Virus record (IMG/VR): IMGVR_UViG_3300047322_001237
Location: 62,001-126,000 of that record
DNA: 64,000 bases
Reading direction: 5' to 3' (one strand)
Part shown: piece by piece, positions 29,806-38,477 of the stretch
How positions within the stretch are numbered: the first letter of the stretch is position 1
Layout: each line of letters starts with the position of its first letter
Program-made: the position numbers and the translations under genes
The notes under the pieces: model-generated
The model's input: the letters and a program-made list of their open reading frames with translations, nothing else
Told to the model about the DNA's origin: nothing
The model's database searches: none

Positions 29806-30144
29806 TTAGACCCAGGAGCACCGGTAGCTGTCGCGCAACTCGCAGCAGACCGTCCAGAGCGTTCGTCGGATGTTTGCTTGATGGTCTTTCAGTTCCTCCT
29901 CACTCCACGCACCGAATTCCCGGAGGTTTGCAGCGACCGCCTCGGGCTCCCAGTACGCGGTTTGGTCGAGCACGTCCGGATATTCTGAGAGTTTCAGGAT
30001 CTCCCGATCGCGAGGCCCAGCCATGCTCACCGAGAAAATCTGAGCTGCGGTCAGGTCGATCTCCAGCCTGCCGCATGCTGACGTCCAAGCGCTCGTCCTG
30101 TTCGGCTTTCCCCATCTGAGGCGCACGGTTCCCGGAGCGGTCAT
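29806..30144 (-). CDS. hypothetical protein
   Basis: coupled operon ORF. Confidence 0.55.
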   Translation of the reverse strand: MTAPGTVRLRWGKPNRTSAWTSACGRLEIDLTAAQIFSVSMAGPRDREILKLSEYPDVLDQTAYWEPEAVAANLREFGAWSEEELKDHQANIRRTLWTVCCELRDSYRCSWV

Positions 30145-30434
30145 CACGACTGAGCCTCCTTTACAGTGACGCCGAAGGACGCCGGCCAATCGCAGATCTT
30201 GGTGTCCGAGCTGGCGACGTAGAAGTGACCTCCCGCGTTTTGCACATACAGGCGCTTCTTTCCGCCATAGCCGTCAGGCGCGACCGCCACGAGCGTTTCA
30301 TAGCCGACCTTGGGCGTCGGATACATCCCGCACAGCGCTCGCGCTGAAGTCACGGAGATGCGCTGCATGTGCTCTGGTCCGTAGCTCCAGTGATTCCCAG
30401 CCGGTGGCTTTGCTAGCGATTTGACTTCGATCAC
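30144..30434 (-). CDS. hypothetical protein
   Basis: GTG start overlapping the upstream stop. Confidence 0.55.
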   Translation of the reverse strand: MIEVKSLAKPPAGNHWSYGPEHMQRISVTSARALCGMYPTPKVGYETLVAVAPDGYGGKKRLYVQNAGGHFYVASSDTKICDWPASFGVTVKEAQS

Positions 30435-30766
30435 GCGGCCTCCCGCTCTTCTTCCTCCCAGTACGTCACACCCCCCGAGATGTCGATGAACCACGAGTCC
30501 GGCATGTCGCTTCCGTCGATCATCAGCTTCTGATGGTTCACGCCAAATGCTCGGGAGCCGATCTCAATGTAGGTGTCGAAGGGCGCCGTCTGCGTTTTTA
30601 CAAAGTTATAGCGTGTCATCGTGCTCGAGACTGCGATCACAAACGGCGTCGGTTTGCCATGTCGGTAGACCGTGTATCTCGTGCGCGGGTCTGCCCGTAG
30701 GGGCGTGAGAAACTTGCGCACGTTGATCGGCTTCGGCATCATGAACTTAGGCAAGTTCGACTTCAT
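30431..30766 (-). CDS. hypothetical protein
   Basis: probable start MKSNLPK overlapping the upstream stop. Confidence 0.5.
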   Translation of the reverse strand: MKSNLPKFMMPKPINVRKFLTPLRADPRTRYTVYRHGKPTPFVIAVSSTMTRYNFVKTQTAPFDTYIEIGSRAFGVNHQKLMIDGSDMPDSWFIDISGGVTYWEEEEREAA

Positions 30767-31035
30767 GCCTTTGCTTTCTTGTGCTGATCGGCCACGACTG
30801 TTCCTCCGTCGTGCGGCGGGCATGGATTCCTCCTGATGTAGGCGCGGACAATCGGGTCGAGCTCCGGACGGTAGGGGACTGCTCGGACGTATCGGGCTGG
30901 TCGTCCGAGCACACGCATCCAGACTCTTCCAGCGACCTCCGCTCGCTCCACGTTGCGGGCTCGAACAAAGACTGAAGGCCCGCACCGCTTACTAGCGCTG
31001 TTGATCGGAAAGACTTCGAAAGAAGGCATCGTCAA
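30763..31035 (-). CDS. hypothetical protein
   Basis: ATGA-coupled ORF. Confidence 0.5.
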   Translation of the reverse strand: MTMPSFEVFPINSASKRCGPSVFVRARNVERAEVAGRVWMRVLGRPARYVRAVPYRPELDPIVRAYIRRNPCPPHDGGTVVADQHKKAKA

Positions 31036-31343
31036 CGAGCCCGGTGGATGATTCCCGTCGATGTCGGTTGCGTGTTGCTACGCGTCCCGTTGCCGATCTG
31101 TTTGACTTCGGCCGATCCAGTGTTTTCCGGCGCGGGCAGTTCAGACGGCGTGCCCGGAGGCGTCATGAACGGCGAGCGGCCGTTGCCGCCGATCGCACGG
31201 ATGTACTCGACCTCCACCTTCGCCGTCTCGACCGCCACTGCGGCGACCTGTGCAACTGCGCGAGCCCGATCCACTTCCATCGGTCTGTCCCGGTCACGCA
31301 GGGCGCTAAGCGTATTCATCAGGTGTTCACGCAAATCGTTCAT
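31032..31343 (-). CDS. prophage-type hypothetical protein accompanying HNH
   Basis: MNDLREHL..L..LRD...RA.AVAQVA..AVETAKVEV pattern. Confidence 0.6.
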   Translation of the reverse strand: MNDLREHLMNTLSALRDRDRPMEVDRARAVAQVAAVAVETAKVEVEYIRAIGGNGRSPFMTPPGTPSELPAPENTGSAEVKQIGNGTRSNTQPTSTGIIHRAR

Positions 31344-32073
31344 GTGGCTCACGGTCTTTCTCCTTTGCTTCACGGACAATACGGTTCAACTGGCGCGTGA
31401 TCGCGCCCTTGAGCTGTGTCAGCTTCGCTAGCTCCGGCGATTTGTTGATTGGGTGATTGCGGTACGCGCGTTCCCGACGGCTCACCAGTTCGAGGATGTC
31501 GATGGTGATCTCGGATGCGACGTTGGTCTTCTTCCCGGGAAGAAAGCAGACCATGTGGCCCTTGGGGACAGGACCGTGGACTGATTCCCAGACGAGGCGA
31601 TGAACACCGACCCATCTGCGTTGAAACTGGACAGCAGGATCGTCGGTCACCTTCCGCTCGAGATAACCCTCCTTAGACAAGCGCTCCGTGCCGATGGGCA
31701 CCCAGTTCTTGTGCGCGGCGCCGGTGCGTTCGCCTTTCTTGAATTGCGTGCGGCGACAATTGGGATGGGTTCCCGTACTGCCTTTGACGCCGTCATTCCA
31801 CGCTTTCTGTCCTTTCTTGAACTGGTTGGCCTTGAGTGCGGGATGGACCTGACCACGCGCGATGCGCAGCTGGCGATCCGCCTCCCAGTACTCGTCGGTC
31901 TTCCTGACGCCTAACGCTGCGGCGTGCTGATACAGCGGACCGACGCCGACCCCCATCTCGTCTGCCATCTCCTTGGTGGATCGATGCGGGTACTCCCTTC
32001 GGATCTTCTCCTTTTCCTCCTCAGTCCACATGTGACGGACTTTTACGCGAGACGTAGACTTTCGTTTTGGCAC
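31327..32073 (-). CDS. HNH endonuclease-family protein
   Basis: N-terminal Myb/HTH-like WTEEEKE..RREYP, repeated QFKKG..WN units, then GYLERK...VHRLVWE..HGPVP. Confidence 0.75.
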   Translation of the reverse strand: MPKRKSTSRVKVRHMWTEEEKEKIRREYPHRSTKEMADEMGVGVGPLYQHAAALGVRKTDEYWEADRQLRIARGQVHPALKANQFKKGQKAWNDGVKGSTGTHPNCRRTQFKKGERTGAAHKNWVPIGTERLSKEGYLERKVTDDPAVQFQRRWVGVHRLVWESVHGPVPKGHMVCFLPGKKTNVASEITIDILELVSRRERAYRNHPINKSPELAKLTQLKGAITRQLNRIVREAKEKDREPHERFA

Positions 32074-32458
32074 TGTCTGCCTCCTCTTCGAATCGAGTCC
32101 ACACGGGGATGCTGAACTCACCAGCCAGCAAGATCGCGTCACCTGTCACGAAGTCGTGACCCTGTATCGTTTTCGAGAAGTCGTATCCTCCACAGGCTCG
32201 GATCTCCGACACTTCCGGATGCATGGCTTCAACGAGGGAGATCACGTAGTCAAAGTCCCGAGCGGAGAATTCCGCCCAGCGCTTGTTTTCGGCTCGAGGT
32301 TCGGACGGCTCGCCAAACATGTCATAGGTCATGAAGCCGGCACCGCGGCTCCTGAGCACACCGGCACCAAGTTCGTGGTGCAGCTCTTCTGCGAGTTTGT
32401 TGCTGACCGTCGCGACCCGAGCACGAATCTCACCGAACGTGCTAAATAGTTTTGGCAT
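32021..32458 (-). CDS. hypothetical protein
   Basis: probable start MPKLFST. Confidence 0.5.
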   Translation of the reverse strand: MPKLFSTFGEIRARVATVSNKLAEELHHELGAGVLRSRGAGFMTYDMFGEPSEPRAENKRWAEFSARDFDYVISLVEAMHPEVSEIRACGGYDFSKTIQGHDFVTGDAILLAGEFSIPVWTRFEEEADSAKTKVYVSRKSPSHVD

Positions 32459-32819
32459 CGTTGGATTTGCGCGGAACACCACCGTGCTTTTCGAATAGGA
32501 ACCAGAACTCGGCTTCAATGCGCCGTTTGTTCGTGCCATCCCCTTCGATCCAAGCAAGGGCGAGATTCTTTTCAAATCCGCTGTAGGACTTGCTCATGTG
32601 CTGCATAGCGCGCAGCTTCATGTCGTGGACCCAGCCCCACAGTGGATCGACTGTGCGATAGCGCGGCATCGTGTCTGCGAGATAGCCGCGCCCGACCACG
32701 ATGTAGTCGTCCACAGTGACAGCCAAGTTCTCTGCGTCGCTCGGTTTTTCGAATCCGGCAATGATCTGTTTTGTTGTCCGATGAATGACGTAGTGGTTGA
32801 AGTTCGGGTTGGATGTCAT
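32442..32819 (-). CDS. hypothetical protein
   Basis: 125 aa coupled ORF. Confidence 0.55.
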   Translation of the reverse strand: MTSNPNFNHYVIHRTTKQIIAGFEKPSDAENLAVTVDDYIVVGRGYLADTMPRYRTVDPLWGWVHDMKLRAMQHMSKSYSGFEKNLALAWIEGDGTNKRRIEAEFWFLFEKHGGVPRKSNDAKTI

Positions 32820-33193
32820 TTGCGTTTCTTCTTCTTGTCACCCTGCAACTGTTGATTGGCTTCTCGAATCAAGTCGGTAACGTACGTCCATTCTTCAGCG
32901 CAACGATGCATCTCGGCACGACGGTAGGCGGGCCAGATAAGCAAATCTCCGAGACCGTTACCTTCGAGCAGGGCATACACGTTGGCGGCCGCTGATAGAC
33001 AGCCTTTCTCGGATGCCGGGTTTGCCAGCGCCAGTTCAAGTAGTGCGTCGCATACGTCAGACATCGAGACCGACATATCGGCAGCTCTTGGCTCACCGCG
33101 CTGACGCAACTCCTCGGCGTTCTGACGCAGACTATGCCCACACCGCTTGACATTCTGCTTCAGGCAGTTTTTCCAATAGGTCTCCATAGTCAA
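32816..33193 (-). CDS. hypothetical protein
   Basis: 125 aa coupled ORF with GGAGG RBS. Confidence 0.6.
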   Translation of the reverse strand: MTMETYWKNCLKQNVKRCGHSLRQNAEELRQRGEPRAADMSVSMSDVCDALLELALANPASEKGCLSAAANVYALLEGNGLGDLLIWPAYRRAEMHRCAEEWTYVTDLIREANQQLQGDKKKKRK

Positions 33194-33202
33194 GCGTCCT
33201 CC

Positions 33203-33385
33203 TTATGGCAGGGTTGCAAGAAAGCCAGTGAAACGGCCCCACAACTCCGGACGGCGCTCGATGTTGCGCTCGAGTTCTTTGCGTGTTAGCCCCTCACGGA
33301 CCAAATCAAGAAACGCTTCATTACCTCTCGCGATGTTCCTACCGGCCTGATAGAACAGCTGCGCCTGTGTAGGGATGGCAAGCAT
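33203..33385 (-). CDS. small hypothetical protein
   Basis: MLAIPTQAQLFY... 60 aa. Confidence 0.5.
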   Translation of the reverse strand: MLAIPTQAQLFYQAGRNIARGNEAFLDLVREGLTRKELERNIERRPELWGRFTGFLATLP

Positions 33386-33408
33386 GGGACGGACCCAGAC
33401 ACAAGTCC

Positions 33409-33876
33409 TCACGCGACCCTCCCACTGAACTGGTGAACGTTGCGAGATCCGACAGACGGACCCACGCTGTAGCGTCGCCTCACCTCCCAGATCTTCGCCA
33501 TCTCCGAGTTCTCTCGAACGAACTCCTCGTACGTTGCGACCTTTGCCTCCGTGAAAAGACCCACCAACGTGGCTTTGTTGCGGATCATGACTGCCAGTGC
33601 GCCTTTGCGATACATGATGAATTCGGCGAGCGGCAGCAGCTGGCTCGGGTGCAGCATGAAGCTCGCGACCGTGAGCTCTTGGGCAATTCGGGGATTCCAC
33701 GAAGGGGAGAGAGGGGTGTGCGGAGGAAGACCGAGGTAGTCGAGCAGAATGTCACGGCCTTGTTCCGTGACGTCGCAGAGTCCTCGCATGCTGTATGCGC
33801 AGGCCTCGCCGGTCAGATAGCGAATGCCAAACTGCTCGAGTGATTGCCAACAATCAACCTGAATTGCTTCGTCCAA
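33409..33876 (-). CDS. hypothetical protein
   Basis: 155 aa, TTG start, GGAG RBS. Confidence 0.6.
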   Translation of the reverse strand: MDEAIQVDCWQSLEQFGIRYLTGEACAYSMRGLCDVTEQGRDILLDYLGLPPHTPLSPSWNPRIAQELTVASFMLHPSQLLPLAEFIMYRKGALAVMIRNKATLVGLFTEAKVATYEEFVRENSEMAKIWEVRRRYSVGPSVGSRNVHQFSGRVA

Positions 33877-34061
33877 GTTTGTTCTCCGGGAAAAGAACTA
33901 CTGAATGGCACGGGTCTGTGGACCCAATGGAACTGCTGAAACATAAGGGGGAAGAAACAAAAAAAGAGGGCCCCGGGAAAGGCGTGCTCTTTTTGAAACG
34001 AGACGTCATAAAGCCATGGGTCGGGATGTGACTCCGCGATACCCAGGCTTCATGTGTTCGA

Positions 34062-34427
34062 TTACGATTGACCGATCGGGCTACCGAGTTGCGCGTAGCT
34101 GATGGTCTGGAGTGTGGCGGGCTGAATAGCGTAGGCGCCATTCGAGACCGTCATCGTTGCGTTGACAGCAACATCCCAATGACTCATGGGATTGTCTTCA
34201 CCGCGAAAGATGTCGATCTGCAGCACCAAGGCACCGCTGAGGTTCTGGTAGGAACCAACGCCGTAGTGCAAGGTGTCATTCGGAAACAGCGTTTGTACGG
34301 AGGTCGTCGCCGACTGCAAGGCCGTGTTCAGGGTGGTGGCGTCAGCTGCACTGCCCGTCACCTGTGGCACGACCGCGTCCTTAACCTGCGCGAGCGTCAT
34401 GAAGACTTGGCGCTTCGTGAGATCCAT
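34062..34427 (-). CDS. hypothetical protein (Ala/Thr/Ser-rich, possibly virion-associated)
   Basis: 121 aa with AGGAG RBS. Confidence 0.65.
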   Translation of the reverse strand: MDLTKRQVFMTLAQVKDAVVPQVTGSAADATTLNTALQSATTSVQTLFPNDTLHYGVGSYQNLSGALVLQIDIFRGEDNPMSHWDVAVNATMTVSNGAYAIQPATLQTISYAQLGSPIGQS

Positions 34428-34456
34428 GTTGCGTTACTTCTCCTAATGTGGAAGGG

Positions 34457-35083
34457 TTAGACTCCGGCGAGCACTGCCCGAACCTTGTCGGCCGGATTGC
34501 TGTAGCCCGTGTTGATCTTGATTCCGTCCTTGCCGATCGAGAGCTTCACATCGAAGCGCTTGCTATCCAGCGCCTGCAAGGCACGGGCTGCTTCGATCAG
34601 CTTGTTGATCGCTTCCAGTTCGGCCTCGCTGGCGCTCCACCTCTGCTCGCGCGCCAGTGCTTCAGCCGGCGCTTCGGGAGGCAGCGACATCGTCAGCCCG
34701 CCATGCTCTGTGAACTTGAGATCGAGAATAAGTTCGCCAACCAGCTTCGCGTTGTGGAAGTGGTTACCCGGCATCAGCAGATGCAGATAAACTTTCGGCT
34801 GCTGCGTGTCGATCCCGGTCACGCGATGGAAGCGATACTTCGGGTTGAAGGCTCGACCGCTGTTGGCAATCACGGCTTTGTCGTACAGATACTCCAGACG
34901 CTTCTGGACAGCATCGAAGGTCTCGTTGTCCATGAATTCTTCCATCTCATTGCGGAAGAACCACGTCCCGCTGATTTCTTTCTCGAGCAGCTTATCGATC
35001 GCTGCGGTCGCGAGTACGCCATTGATTTGCGGCATGATCAATTTAAGATTTAGTTGAGGATTACGAATCTCACTGCTCGTCAT
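34457..35083 (-). CDS. hypothetical protein
   Basis: 208 aa ORF. Confidence 0.65.
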   Translation of the reverse strand: MTSSEIRNPQLNLKLIMPQINGVLATAAIDKLLEKEISGTWFFRNEMEEFMDNETFDAVQKRLEYLYDKAVIANSGRAFNPKYRFHRVTGIDTQQPKVYLHLLMPGNHFHNAKLVGELILDLKFTEHGGLTMSLPPEAPAEALAREQRWSASEAELEAINKLIEAARALQALDSKRFDVKLSIGKDGIKINTGYSNPADKVRAVLAGV

Positions 35084-35184
35084 ACCATCGGGAGGTGGAG
35101 TCAGAATTGCCCAGACGACATAAAGCCCAGTCCCGACGACGGGGTCGGACTGGGCGCTAGTGAGTGAAGGGTTGAACTACAGAA

Positions 35185-35568
35185 CTACAAAGAGGGGCGG
35201 TTGATGATGCGCTGACAGTGGGCGACGAATGGTGAGAGGCAGTTATCGTCGATTAGATCGGCAACGATGATGGTGTTGTTTTCTTCGCCTCTGTGATCCT
35301 TGCGTCCGTTGCAGGCACGGTAGGTGATCAGGACGTCGGGGCCGATGAACGACTGAGTGATCCACATATACAGCTTGTCATGCCGCAGGTAGATCTCCCC
35401 TGATACAGCATCGCCTCCCATATTCGATCGAACGTGATGTGTACCGCGCTCAAGGCCAATTTTGACGGCCAACGATCTCAGCAGCTTGGCTCCGTAGTAG
35501 TGGAAGTCTCGTTTGGCGTAGTAGCCAGCGATCCACTCCCGCGTGGTCAGAATCGGGGCTATCTCCAT
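35185..35568 (-). CDS. hypothetical protein
   Basis: 127 aa, AGGAG RBS. Confidence 0.65.
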   Translation of the reverse strand: MEIAPILTTREWIAGYYAKRDFHYYGAKLLRSLAVKIGLERGTHHVRSNMGGDAVSGEIYLRHDKLYMWITQSFIGPDVLITYRACNGRKDHRGEENNTIIVADLIDDNCLSPFVAHCQRIINRPSL

Positions 35569-35576
35569 GCCGTCTC

Positions 35577-36866
35577 CTAAAGTGTTGCCGCGCGTGCCCC
35601 CGTCTCCTTGTGGGCTTCCCAGGCGTAGCGCAGGGTCGTGTCGAATTCGCCTTCAGTGGTCTCGTCGTACACGAATGAGCCGCCGGCGTAGCGCAACTCG
35701 ATCATGAGGTATGTCTTCAGGATGTCCGGCGAGATCTCCCCCTTCAAGTTCAGCGTCATCGTCTCCACGGGCGAGGTGGAATTAAGCAACTTCGCCATTT
35801 CTTCCCACATCCGCTGTATTCGTGATTCGACGCCCGGGAAGTAGATGGCGAGACCCGTCATAAACGGTTCGAGCTCCGACCAGGAGGCTGCTTCGACCGA
35901 CATCTCCAGCTTGCGCGCGTACGCCGGCACTGGACGTGCGGCCGACTCCAGCACCTGTCGCGTTAGCGCCGACGCTCGTGCCTCCCGCGTCATGTCGGCT
36001 GCCGGCACGTGCTCGATCTCGGAGATCACCATCATCGAGCCGGGCTTGAGGTAGAGCGCGTCGTCCCCCGGCCCATGCTCAAGCATCAGTGTGGCCTCAA
36101 ACCAGGGATGCTTGTAATTCGCTCCCGGTACGTGACTCTGATAGCGGATGTTGAGCGTTTTTGCGTGACCGTTTGTGGTCGCCCCGGCCGGATACACGCC
36201 AGTGACCGACAGGTGGAAGAGCGGGGCATGGGTATCGATGATCGCTAGGTCCTGCTTGCTCTTGATGCGTGCTCGGATCGCCAACACGACCTCAGCCGCC
36301 TCGTTCTCATCGCCCTGAAACGCAGGAACCAACAGCTGCCGGATTCCCTTGAGGGAGAAGGTGCGCAGGCGGTTGACCATATCGATCCAGTAGTTGGGGT
36401 CGGTAGGAACCAAAGCCGGGACCGATGAGTCTGGCGGTATCGCTTGGAGGGTAGGCTGGGCTTCGATCAACCAACGACGCAAGTGCGCTGCTTCGGGATC
36501 AATGAAGAGGTACGTTGCACCGCCCTCCGTCTCCGCAAGCACCAGATCGAAGACAATCACGATGTCCTTCACGGACGGATCGTCATCCAGCGGTCGCACC
36601 CGCATGAGGATCTTGTCCTTCTTGCCCTCCGGGTCCGGTCCCATCTGTCCTTCAAACCGGAAGGTGTAGCTCGACGGGTTTTCAGCCAGCCATCCGTGGG
36701 GTTTGGACAGCAGCCGGTTGAACGCCGCGAGGCTTTTCTTGTCTGCCAAGACGCGCTCCAGCTTGGGCTGGAGCTCACTCCACGTCCACTTGCCCTGTGT
36801 CAGTTCGCGCAGGAACGTCGTGAGGCGAAGATGTTCCTCCTGCTGTATGGGCGTCGGCATTGTCAT
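35577..36866 (-). CDS. hypothetical protein
   Basis: 429 aa ORF. Confidence 0.75.
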   Translation of the reverse strand: MTMPTPIQQEEHLRLTTFLRELTQGKWTWSELQPKLERVLADKKSLAAFNRLLSKPHGWLAENPSSYTFRFEGQMGPDPEGKKDKILMRVRPLDDDPSVKDIVIVFDLVLAETEGGATYLFIDPEAAHLRRWLIEAQPTLQAIPPDSSVPALVPTDPNYWIDMVNRLRTFSLKGIRQLLVPAFQGDENEAAEVVLAIRARIKSKQDLAIIDTHAPLFHLSVTGVYPAGATTNGHAKTLNIRYQSHVPGANYKHPWFEATLMLEHGPGDDALYLKPGSMMVISEIEHVPAADMTREARASALTRQVLESAARPVPAYARKLEMSVEAASWSELEPFMTGLAIYFPGVESRIQRMWEEMAKLLNSTSPVETMTLNLKGEISPDILKTYLMIELRYAGGSFVYDETTEGEFDTTLRYAWEAHKETGARAATL

Positions 36867-36984
36867 TGCGAATATCTCTCATCAATTCTTGATTAAATTG
36901 TTGAGTCTCGAACCACTTCTCGAAGCCATCATCCGTGAAGTGTCCAGCCTCGTCGTAATATCGTTCCATTTTCGTCCCTTGATG

Positions 36985-37099
36985 TCATAAGGGGAGAGCC
37001 GATGGCCCTCCCTCATTAACCAGATTCCGGTTCGAAGCAGCCTCCTTTCTCTCTCGAACCGTGGAACAAATCAGAGAACTTCGGGACGTTGCACCGTCC
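36985..37099 (-). ncRNA. candidate small RNA with SD-like loop
   Basis: TATG start site, GGACG-gtgcaa-CGTCC hairpin, TTCC-CGGTTCGA/TCGAACCG-GAA stem presenting GAGAGAAAGGAGG, terminal hairpin+TTATGAC. Confidence 0.4.
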
Positions 37100-37141
37100 A
37101 TACAAAGAGGCTGGTCAATAAGTTTTACCTGGACAATCCTG

Positions 37142-37471
37142 TTACTGCTCGCGCCTGAAGCCTTTCGGCGTGATCCAGTCGTAGCGATCAGGCTCGTCGT
37201 TCAACGGCTCGACGTCGAGAAACTTGCAGGGGTCGGCCGCATCCGCCCAGTGGAAGACCGGAATCCACTCGTCCGTCTCACGGATGTAGCGCCACTTCGT
37301 CTGCGCGAAGCCCGGCACCGACAGCAGCTCGTTGTCCGTCAAATGGGAGTTCTGCACGCAGCTCATCTTCGCGTTCAGCTGGACCATCAGGGCCGGAGAG
37401 TCACGCAAGTACAACTCGCGCGTGATCTGTTCCAGCGTGTAGACCTCGCCGCCGCGGGGATAGTTACGCAT
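37142..37471 (-). CDS. hypothetical protein
   Basis: probable start MRNYPRGG behind AGGAG. Confidence 0.6.
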   Translation of the reverse strand: MRNYPRGGEVYTLEQITRELYLRDSPALMVQLNAKMSCVQNSHLTDNELLSVPGFAQTKWRYIRETDEWIPVFHWADAADPCKFLDVEPLNDEPDRYDWITPKGFRREQ

Positions 37472-37491
37472 GATCTCTGCTCCTTTTACGC

Positions 37492-37522
37492 AAATAAAAA
37501 AGCCGACCCACGAAGGGCCGGC
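37492..37522 (-). terminator. intrinsic terminator
   Basis: gccggccc-ttcg-tgggtcggc + TTTTTTATTT. Confidence 0.75.
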
Positions 37523-37542
37523 ATCAAGAGAGGGAGGAAGTA

Positions 37543-38385
37543 TTACGCTTTGATCGCGGTTTCGAACGGATGGAAGTTCGACAGCAGCACCTCGAACGTA
37601 GCGCCCGGCATCGAACCGCTTTCGACGCCGCGCATCACTTTGAACACACCCTGCAGCTCGCCTGACACCTTGCTCACATTCCCCTGCACCGAGACCGCGA
37701 AAAAGTTGCCTTCCCGAACGCTGGTGCGATCGATCCATTCACGCATGAGCCCAATGTCTTCCGTCTGATTCGGCTTACAAGCAAGCACCATATCGAAAAT
37801 GTGCTGCACCTCGTCGAGTGACCTAAAGATCAGTTCGATATTCGTGCCTGCTCCTCGATACGCGCGCGAGTGCTGCGGCACGCTCCCGAGCTGAGGATAA
37901 AATCCTGGCGGCTGTGGGAACATGCCGGACCGCATTTGAGGCTGATACCCGCGCATGGATCTGGCTTTCAACGCGTTAGAGCGGATCGGACTGTCCTTTT
38001 CGGCTGTGTCGCAGCCAGTCTGTCCTTCCACGTGCTCGACCGCCACCGGCTTAGAGGGCAGCATGAACCCGGAGCCAGTCGTACCTGACATAGCCCGACG
38101 AATTTCGAAGTAGGCCGAGCGCTCGCCCGCCTCCAAGGTCAGTCGCGCGACAGTATCCGTAGGTCCGGTCGGCCAGATCGAGGGAAGGATGACGTCGACT
38201 TCGACGGTTCCATCCGTTTCACCTTCAGGAAGACCCAGCATTTCCGTGCGGACATACGCAAAGAACTCGTTGGCAGTTGCGAGAGATTGGAAGAAGGTCC
38301 CCAGCACGATGCTGAGATTGACCACGTCGTAGGTCCCGGCAACCTTCGACTTGAGTTCCGCGATGATGTCATGGAGTTCGGACAT
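37543..38385 (-). CDS. hypothetical protein
   Basis: 280 aa, AAGGA RBS. Confidence 0.75.
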   Translation of the reverse strand: MSELHDIIAELKSKVAGTYDVVNLSIVLGTFFQSLATANEFFAYVRTEMLGLPEGETDGTVEVDVILPSIWPTGPTDTVARLTLEAGERSAYFEIRRAMSGTTGSGFMLPSKPVAVEHVEGQTGCDTAEKDSPIRSNALKARSMRGYQPQMRSGMFPQPPGFYPQLGSVPQHSRAYRGAGTNIELIFRSLDEVQHIFDMVLACKPNQTEDIGLMREWIDRTSVREGNFFAVSVQGNVSKVSGELQGVFKVMRGVESGSMPGATFEVLLSNFHPFETAIKA

Positions 38386-38421
38386 TTTGATCTTGTTCCT
38401 TGGATCTGGTTGTTTGTTGAC

Positions 38422-38450
38422 AAATAAAAAGCCGGCCCGATGAGGCCGGC
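38422..38450 (-). terminator. intrinsic terminator
   Basis: gccggcc..ggccggc + TTTTTATTT. Confidence 0.75.
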
Positions 38451-38477
38451 TGTTTCGCTAGACAGGGATGCTTCGGA

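Noticed and set aside
36775-36969. ORF MERYYDEAGHF... overlapping the start of 35577..36866; possible programmed frameshift
   Set aside because: It has an RBS, but no slippery heptamer or stimulatory structure was seen at the overlap. Could be a real small gene; the evidence is insufficient.
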